Source: a candidate division Hyd24-12 bacterium UBA6080
GTDB taxonomy: Bacteria; Fermentibacterota; Fermentibacteria; Fermentibacterales; JCC-6
Assembly: GCA_002436025.1 (NCBI GenBank)
Contig: DIXM01000002.1
Location: 727,164 to 791,163, forward strand
Direction of reading: 5' to 3'
Length of the DNA stretch: 64,000 nucleotides
Shown here: positions 57,908 to 64,000 of the stretch, piece by piece
Position numbering within the stretch: position 1 is the stretch's first letter
Layout: each line of letters opens with the position of its first letter
The notes under the pieces: generated by a model
Seen by the model: only the letters and a program-made list of their open reading frames with translations
Databases searched by the model: none
What the model was told of the DNA's origin: nothing
Position numbers and translations under genes: made by a program

Positions 57908-59239
57908 TCAGTTTTCCTTGATGTTCCAGTTCCGAGCAATCACACTTGCGATTTCGTGCACAGCATACAGGGGAACATTTATGAGCCGTTCCTGCACACG
58001 GAAGGGTGACAGCGAAGTGCGGAACGATGTTCCGGGGTTGTACCTGGTCTGGAAGGTTTTCAGGCTCTTTGCCTGAAGGTTCTCGGAGGCCTTTACCTCG
58101 AGCGGGAATACCTTCCGGTCTGTTTCCATGATAAAATCAACCTCGGCGGAGCCTTTGTCCGAACTCCAGTAGTACGGTTTCAGCCCGGCATGGGAAATGA
58201 GTTGCTGGAGGACGAACTGCTCGGTGACTGCGCCCTTGAACTCAGTGAAGAGGTCGTTCCCCAGAAGGAGGGTTTCAGGGTCGAGAGCGCCCGATGCACA
58301 AAGCAGCCCGACATCGTTCGCATACAGCTTGAAGGCTGCTGAATCGCGATATGCCGAAAGTGGAATTCCGGGTTTTGATACTCTGTGTACCTTGTGTATC
58401 AGGCCGCAGTCCAGAAGCCACTGGATGGCGAGTTCGTACTCCCTGGCTCTTGCTCCGGTGCGGACAAGTCCGTAGATGAATTTCCTGTTCTCACGGGCAA
58501 GCTGAGCGGGCAGGCTGTTCCACACCGCCCTGATCCTGGGCACATCGCTTGTGGGTGCGTGTTTGGAAAAGTCCTGCTCGTAGGCCGAAAGCAGATCAAG
58601 TTGGATTTTCCTTACACGCGAAAGGTCTTTACTGCGAACAAAGGAGTTCACCGCTTCGGGCATTCCGCCGACGAAGAGGTACTGCTTCAGCAGATCCTTC
58701 AGAGTTGAGGCAAAGGCATTTGTCAAGTCGAAATCAAGGTTTTCGATGGCGTCGTGAAGCGGCGCCTGCCCCGATGCAAGAAGGAACTCCGGGAATGACA
58801 GGGGGAACAGGTCAAGGAACTCAACCTTGCCAACAGGAAATGATGTTCCCGAGTGCATGGCCACTCCGAGAAGTGAACCGGCGGCGATTATCGGTATGCC
58901 TGGCTCCCCCTCCTGGAAGTACTTCAGGGAAGTCAGGGCTGATGGGACTTCCTGAATTTCGTCAAAGACGAGGAGTGTCCTGCCCGGGATGATCTCCGTG
59001 CCTGTTTCAATCTGTAAACCGAGAAGCAGGGAATTCAAGTCGAAGGTACCCGAAAAGAGGGCTGCCATTCTTGGATTGTTCTCGAAATTGATGTACGCGG
59101 TGCGTTCAAAGGAGTTCTTGCCAAACTCCCTCATCAGCCAGGTTTTGCCAACCTGACGCGCACCCCTTATCAGAAGGGGTTTTCTGTCCTCCCTCAACTT
59201 CCAGTTCTGAAGGAACTCAGTGGCTTTCCTATGCACCAT
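57908..59239 (-). CDS. AAA+ ATPase (AAA_14) with DUF4143 C-terminal domain
   Basis: Walker A GARQVGKTWL; architecture typical of ATPase-DUF4143 proteins. Confidence 0.6.
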   Translation of the reverse strand: MVHRKATEFLQNWKLREDRKPLLIRGARQVGKTWLMREFGKNSFERTAYINFENNPRMAALFSGTFDLNSLLLGLQIETGTEIIPGRTLLVFDEIQEVPSALTSLKYFQEGEPGIPIIAAGSLLGVAMHSGTSFPVGKVEFLDLFPLSFPEFLLASGQAPLHDAIENLDFDLTNAFASTLKDLLKQYLFVGGMPEAVNSFVRSKDLSRVRKIQLDLLSAYEQDFSKHAPTSDVPRIRAVWNSLPAQLARENRKFIYGLVRTGARAREYELAIQWLLDCGLIHKVHRVSKPGIPLSAYRDSAAFKLYANDVGLLCASGALDPETLLLGNDLFTEFKGAVTEQFVLQQLISHAGLKPYYWSSDKGSAEVDFIMETDRKVFPLEVKASENLQAKSLKTFQTRYNPGTSFRTSLSPFRVQERLINVPLYAVHEIASVIARNWNIKEN

Positions 59240-59387
59240 TGCCTCCCTGATGCATTGAACATAGCGGAACTCAATCACAAAAGTCAAACGACTTATGTGG
59301 GAATTGCCACAAAACTCCCACGACTTTTGTGTTGCCCCCTTTATTGACCGTGTGCCTGCGGAACGCTATTCTCGTCGTTAAGAACAA

Positions 59388-60359
59388 TTGAGCGTCGGGG
59401 GTTCCATGCCTTCAGGGTACATCGCTCTCACCGATCCGGAGTGGTTCTCGTTCCTTGCGGGCAAGCCACGGGTCGACGAGGTCAACTTCTGGCAGCCCCA
59501 CGGCGGAAGGGCATTCCGTGCCCTTCAGAAGGGCGATCCCTTTATCTTCAAGCTTCGAGCACCCGAGAAAGCCATTGTCGGTTTCGGGTTCTTCGAACGG
59601 TTCGAGGTGCTTCCGGCCTGGCTCGCATGGGACTGCTTCGGTGAGATGAACGGGGCATCCGATTTTCAGGGGATGCTTGACCGAATCCTTCGACTGCGGG
59701 GGGGCGGGAGCCGTCTTGAGCGCTCAGGTGATTTCCTGATAGGTTGCATCATGATAGCGGCGCCGGTGTTCTTCCCGCGGGAGCAGTGGATAACGCCCCC
59801 CGCGGATTGGGCCCGCACCGGGATCCAGCAGGGGAAGACATACCCCACCCACTCCGGCGAGGGCCTTCGTGTCCTCACCCAGTGTCTTGACAGGGCAAGC
59901 TCGGGTTCAGTGTACTGGAACGTCGAAAGGTCGCCATTGCTCGTTGCCGAGGGTTCGGAAAGGTACGGCGCCGGGATAACAGTGCGGCCCCGCCTCGGTC
60001 AGGGGCTTTTCAGCCTCGCTGTCCGGGAGGCCTATGGAGGGTCGTGCGCAGTAACACGGGAGCACTCCATGCCCGTGCTCGAGGCCGCGCACATAAAGCC
60101 GTACGGACAGGGTGGCGAACACCGGATTGACAACGGGATACTCCTGCGCCGTGACCTTCACAGCCTTTACGACCTCGGTTATGTGACCGTCACGCCCGAT
60201 CACGTTTTCAGGGTGGGGGGCAGGCTGAGGGAGGAGTTCAGCAACGGCCGCAGCTACTACGACATGGACAGAACTGTCATCCAACTGCCCGCCAATGCAC
60301 GCTGGCGGCCCGACCGCGACAAGCTGGCCTGGCATGCAGAAGAGGTTTTCAAGGGCTGA
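59388..60359 (+). CDS. PUA-like (EVE/YTH-like) domain fused to HNH endonuclease: candidate modification-dependent (Type IV-like) restriction endonuclease
   Basis: C-terminal HNH core CAVTREHSMPVLEAAHIKPYGQGGEHRIDNGILLRRDLHSLYD. N-terminal ~150 aa beta-rich domain; PUA-like assignment from architecture (inference). Confidence 0.5.
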   Translation: MSVGGSMPSGYIALTDPEWFSFLAGKPRVDEVNFWQPHGGRAFRALQKGDPFIFKLRAPEKAIVGFGFFERFEVLPAWLAWDCFGEMNGASDFQGMLDRILRLRGGGSRLERSGDFLIGCIMIAAPVFFPREQWITPPADWARTGIQQGKTYPTHSGEGLRVLTQCLDRASSGSVYWNVERSPLLVAEGSERYGAGITVRPRLGQGLFSLAVREAYGGSCAVTREHSMPVLEAAHIKPYGQGGEHRIDNGILLRRDLHSLYDLGYVTVTPDHVFRVGGRLREEFSNGRSYYDMDRTVIQLPANARWRPDRDKLAWHAEEVFKG

Positions 60360-60395
60360 CCATTCGTATTGCACTGTTCTGAAGGAGCGAGTTTC

Positions 60396-61163
60396 ATGAA
60401 CACCCCTGAGCAGATAACCTGTGAACTGAAGAGCTTCCTCGCAGCGCGCGACGAGGTGATCGCGGCCTGGGAGGGAGGCTCCGCCGCCACCGGGTACATG
60501 GATCCGTACTCGGACCTGGATCTGGCGATCGTGTGCAGTGATGATTCCGTTGAAGCAGTCATCTCACAGTTGGATGGGTTTCTTGCTGCACGGTACGGCA
60601 TACTCAAGAGGCTCAGGATGCCCGAACCCGCGTGGCACGGGTTCTCCCAGGTCTTTTACCTTCTGTCGGAAACCCCTTTGTTCTACTACCTTGACGTGGC
60701 CTTCATCAGGAGATCCGTCCCCGACAAGTTCACCGCCTGCGACCGCCATGGTCACGCTGTTGTCTGGTTCGAGAAGGAACACATGGTCGATCCTTCTCCA
60801 ACGCCTCCGGACATGGTTCTTGCCAGGGCCCGGAAGTTTTACGCAATGGCACTTGAACAGGATTTCCTGCTTGAGATCGAGGTCGGGAAGGCTCTTGCCA
60901 GGGATAGGCTTTCTGAAGCCTTTTCGTTCTACTACCAATTCCTTGTCAGGAACCTTGGGGTGATGCTGAATCTCAAGTACCGGCCGCAAAGGGTGGATTT
61001 CGGGCTTCGATACGCTTACCGGGACTATTCACCGGAAGACGTGGCGCTGCTTGACGAACTGCTTCTGGTCAAGTCGTGCGATGACATCCGTGTGAAGTTC
61101 CGGAAAGCCAGGGACAGGTATTCCCAACTCGCTGACGAGATGAGTTGTTTTGGTGAAGGATGA
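60396..61163 (+). CDS. Nucleotidyltransferase, ANT(6)/AadK-like (streptomycin adenylyltransferase fold)
   Basis: Pol-beta NTase motif WEGGSAATGYMDPYSDLDLAIV; GKALARDRLSEAFSFYYQFLVRNLGVML resembles the AadK KGLARNEILFAIDHLNEIVRPNLLRMM region. Confidence 0.5.
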   Translation: MNTPEQITCELKSFLAARDEVIAAWEGGSAATGYMDPYSDLDLAIVCSDDSVEAVISQLDGFLAARYGILKRLRMPEPAWHGFSQVFYLLSETPLFYYLDVAFIRRSVPDKFTACDRHGHAVVWFEKEHMVDPSPTPPDMVLARARKFYAMALEQDFLLEIEVGKALARDRLSEAFSFYYQFLVRNLGVMLNLKYRPQRVDFGLRYAYRDYSPEDVALLDELLLVKSCDDIRVKFRKARDRYSQLADEMSCFGEG

Positions 61164-61267
61164 ACCGCAACCCTGTCTCCGTTGTCCGATTCACCTTTTT
61201 TTGTTATCTCATGGGGGTTTTCCCTGCAAATTGCTGCGGGGTATGAAGAACATGATCGGGGGTCGCC

Positions 61268-62947
61268 ATGAGAGCGTTGCCGTGGTTGTTCCTTCTTCCA
61301 TCACTTCTGCTCGGTCAGTGGAGCCCTGATTCCACCCAGAATCTCACGATCTGTGACCTTTCGGGTGAGCAGGTCCTTCCCAAGATAGTTCCCACTTCCG
61401 ACGGCGGGTGCTTCATCTCCTGGTTCGATACCAGGTCGGGGAGCTACTGCGTCTACCTTCAGCGGTTGGATTACCAGGGCGTTCCCCAGTTGGGGGATGA
61501 CGGTATCCTGGTGAGCGACCAGCCCCAGATGAGCTGGATCGTTGACTACTCGATGGCGGTCGACGGGTCGGACAACGCGGTTCTCGCCTTTTCGGACGAG
61601 AGGAACGGCTCGGATGAGCTGGACGTTTCGGTCTACAAGGTCAGCAGTACGGGTGAGTTCCTGTGGGGGGAGGACGGGATCTGCCTTTCGAATCCTTCCG
61701 TACCGGGGTTTGAGCCTAACCCGGTCGTCGCCGTGACGGATCAGGGCAACTGCGTGTTTGCCTGGGGAAAGTCCGAAGACACCGACTACCTGGTTTTTCA
61801 GAAGCTCTCACCCTCGGGTGAAAAGCTGTGGGGGGACTACGGTCTTGTTTTGTCGAGCGCTTCGGCAGACCTGTCCTCGCCTGCCATTGTCCCTTCGGGC
61901 CAGGACAGCGTTATCGTGCTGTGGAAAAGCTCGACCGGTTCTTACCCCATGACAGTGACCCACCTCTACGCGGACATGCTGGATGTGAACGGTGAGGGCA
62001 CATGGAGCGACTCGCCGGTTCTGGTCTACAACACCGGCACGATCACTCCGTGGACATTCCCCGGGATCATCGGGGACGGTTCCGACGGGGCCGTGTGCTT
62101 CTGGTACGATTCCCCCACCATGAATTCCTTCGACGTGTGGGTGCAGCACCTCGACAGCCAGGGCATCAACCTGTTCCCCTTCAACGGCGCCCAGGCCTCG
62201 ACTTTCTCTGCGGACAGGCTTCACATGAGCCCTTCGGCCGTCATCAACTCCGCAGGCGTGTGCTTTGCCTTCTGGGTGGAGAGCAACGCCAACCAGAACA
62301 TGTACGGTGTCTACGGCCAGAAGTTTTCTTCAACAGGGGACCGTCTGTGGACGGACAGCGGCCTTGATCTCCTCCCGCTTGGGTCCGAGCAGACGGCATT
62401 CGTGGATGCCCTGGCTGCGGGCGACGGCATCTTCGTATCCTACTTCATCAACGCGTCGAACACATCGTTCAAGGTCCTGAAGCTTGACTTCGACGGGACC
62501 GTCCTCTGGGGGCCCGTCTCCCTGTCCGCAGGAAGCCTTGGTGGCAAGGACGACCCCGTGGTCTGCCCGGGATACGATGACGGCGCGTACTACACCTGGA
62601 CCGACAACAGGGGTGACGGCGGCGTGTACGCCCAGAACATCCAGTCCGACGGAACAATGGGGCAGTACCTGGGCGTTGAGCCAGGTTCGGTCGCGGAGTA
62701 CCTGCGTGTAACCCCGAACCCCTCCCGGGGAGCGGTGAGCTTCGTACTTGGCGGATCTGCGGGAGAGACGGCCATCGTGCGGATCTACGACCTGTCCGGG
62801 CGGCTCGTAGACAGCCTTGGTACGGTCCTGGGGGCTGAGGGCGCCTCACTCTCGTGGAACAGGGCCGGTTCGGTCCCCCCCGGCGTTTACCTCGTGAGGA
62901 TGGAGAACGGTTCCAGGGTTCTTCTGTCACGGATGATCCTGCTCTAG
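61268..62947 (+). CDS. Secreted repeat protein with C-terminal T9SS/FlgD-Ig-like sorting domain
   Basis: Signal peptide MRALPWLFLLPSLLLG. CTD ...VTPNPSRGAVSFVLGGSAGETAIVRIYDLSGRLVDSL...GVYLVRMENGSRVLLSRMILL. Confidence 0.6.
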   Translation: MRALPWLFLLPSLLLGQWSPDSTQNLTICDLSGEQVLPKIVPTSDGGCFISWFDTRSGSYCVYLQRLDYQGVPQLGDDGILVSDQPQMSWIVDYSMAVDGSDNAVLAFSDERNGSDELDVSVYKVSSTGEFLWGEDGICLSNPSVPGFEPNPVVAVTDQGNCVFAWGKSEDTDYLVFQKLSPSGEKLWGDYGLVLSSASADLSSPAIVPSGQDSVIVLWKSSTGSYPMTVTHLYADMLDVNGEGTWSDSPVLVYNTGTITPWTFPGIIGDGSDGAVCFWYDSPTMNSFDVWVQHLDSQGINLFPFNGAQASTFSADRLHMSPSAVINSAGVCFAFWVESNANQNMYGVYGQKFSSTGDRLWTDSGLDLLPLGSEQTAFVDALAAGDGIFVSYFINASNTSFKVLKLDFDGTVLWGPVSLSAGSLGGKDDPVVCPGYDDGAYYTWTDNRGDGGVYAQNIQSDGTMGQYLGVEPGSVAEYLRVTPNPSRGAVSFVLGGSAGETAIVRIYDLSGRLVDSLGTVLGAEGASLSWNRAGSVPPGVYLVRMENGSRVLLSRMILL

Positions 62948-62964
62948 GTTCGGTTTTTGGACGT

Positions 62965-62999
62965 GAGGGTCGGATGCCGGGTTTCGGCACCCGACCCTC
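62965..62999 (+). terminator. Strong hairpin (15-bp stem), probable terminator
   Basis: gagggtcggatgccg-ggttt-cggcacccgaccctc; weak U-tract. Confidence 0.45.
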
Positions 63000-63210
63000 T
63001 TGACCAACCACCGCCCTTTCCGTAGTTTTCGGAAAACTTACCAGCACGGGAGGGAATTGATGCACCTGCACACCATCGTATCGCGGACCTGAGGAACCTT
63101 AAACGGGTTCCGTGGGAACCCGGACACAGGTGGAGTGCAGGGAAGCGTTTTGTAACCTCTCCGCTCTCCGCCGCATAGCCGGAATCCCGGCAAAAAGAAG
63201 GAGAGCAAAA

Positions 63211-64000
63211 ATGCAAAAATCCGGTATGACCATTGAGAACGTGAAAGAGGTTTACAGCGGCTTTGAGGGCAGGCTGTGGGAACTCATCATGGGCGAGCAG
63301 ATCCATATCGGAGGGTACGCAAGCTCGAAAGCACTCGGTGACATCGCGGGATGGAAGGCGGGGGACGAGGTCGTTGACCTCTGCTCGGCCCTGGGCGCCG
63401 GCATGCACTTCCTGGCCCGAACCTACGGTGTGAAGGCTTACGGTGTTGATGCCACCCCCCACATGGTTGACGAATCCAAAAAAAGGCTTTCAGAGGCAGG
63501 CTTCGGCAACTGCGAGGCCAAACTGGGCGACGTGACCGCTATCCCGTACCCCGACGGGCGCTTCGACGGCGTGTGGGGCGAGGACGCCTGGTGTTATGTG
63601 GAAGACAAGGCAAAGCTCATCTCCGAGGCGGCCCGGGTACTGCGTCCCGGCGGGAAGATCGCCTTCACGGACTGGCTCGTGGGTCCCGAGGGGATGGATG
63701 AGGCATCGGCCCAGCGCATCTGTTCAGTAATGAAGTTCCCCGACATGCTCTGCCTGAAAGGGTACACATCGCTTCTTGAGAAGAACGGGTTCAGGGTTCT
63801 TGAGGCGTCCGACCACACGCCTGATTTTGCCGACCACATTCAGAACTACCTTGGCCAGCTGGCGGGACAGAGGCATTTCGACGCCATGCAGATCCTGGGC
63901 TGGAACTATGATGTTTTCTCCTTCCTGGGCGCCGAATTCGGTTTCATGCTTTCGAAGGCGCGGGCCGGGAACTTCGGCAGGGGACGGTTCGTTGCGGTGA
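63211..64000 (+). CDS. Class I SAM-dependent methyltransferase (sarcosine/dimethylglycine N-methyltransferase-like), 3' end beyond window
   Basis: Open frame from ATG 63211 to the window end with no stop. GEQIHIGGY motif, SAM-binding VVDLCSALGAGMHFLARTYG...GVD, acidic loop, VLRPGGKIAFTDW. Confidence 0.6.
   Translation, partial: MQKSGMTIENVKEVYSGFEGRLWELIMGEQIHIGGYASSKALGDIAGWKAGDEVVDLCSALGAGMHFLARTYGVKAYGVDATPHMVDESKKRLSEAGFGNCEAKLGDVTAIPYPDGRFDGVWGEDAWCYVEDKAKLISEAARVLRPGGKIAFTDWLVGPEGMDEASAQRICSVMKFPDMLCLKGYTSLLEKNGFRVLEASDHTPDFADHIQNYLGQLAGQRHFDAMQILGWNYDVFSFLGAEFGFMLSKARAGNFGRGRFVAV

Noticed and set aside
63040-63210. Possible riboswitch (glycine/SAM) in the 170-nt leader of the methyltransferase gene
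   Set aside because: No recognisable conserved aptamer motifs (no glycine-riboswitch GGAGAG..ACCGAAGG core, no SAM-I/II signatures). It is left as an unstructured leader pending an Rfam scan.

Overview
High-GC (~60%) bacterial chromosomal segment carrying core genes (ftsZ 3' end, rpmB, tmRNA/ssrA, apbC, cobO/btuR, asnS, nifJ-type PFOR) interleaved with accessory blocks. Three secreted proteins end in T9SS/FlgD-Ig-like C-terminal sorting domains, one of them a gingipain-like C25 peptidase; this suggests an FCB-superphylum-like organism, which is inference only. The main discovery is a previously unrecognised family of three paralogous small secreted proteins (4248-4874, 4885-5517, 24904-25446) whose ORFs are each interrupted by an in-frame TGA at the same aligned position. 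TGA is otherwise an ordinary stop codon in this window. In all three copies the TGA completes a Cys-x-x-TGA (CxxU-like) motif and is followed, at matching spacing, by a conserved stem-loop with a G/U-containing apical loop (candidate bacterial SECIS). These look like novel secreted selenoproteins; two copies lie in tandem directly downstream of ssrA. A conserved C-terminal motif of the form (S/T)TFGxIKxx(F/Y) is shared between two of these paralogs and two unrelated secreted proteins, and may be a novel C-terminal sorting tag. Other noteworthy items are listed below.
- A non-flagellar three-lipoprotein operon with CsgG-N-like and LPP20/FlgP-like domains.
- A formyltransferase plus polysaccharide-deacetylase pair.
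- A ~70-nt duplicated element comprising the 3' end of the PFOR gene plus its G7/C7 terminator.
- An AT-rich SatD-like/DUF3307-like islet with three tandem operator-like repeats.
- A truncated Fic-family remnant in an AT-rich spot.
- A YbjN-like/trypsin-like protease pair.
- A PUA-like-HNH nuclease (candidate modification-dependent restriction enzyme) next to an ANT(6)-like nucleotidyltransferase and an AAA+/DUF4143 ATPase.
- A 1100-aa adenylate cyclase-ATPase-TPR regulator.
No CRISPR array, transposase or integrase was seen.
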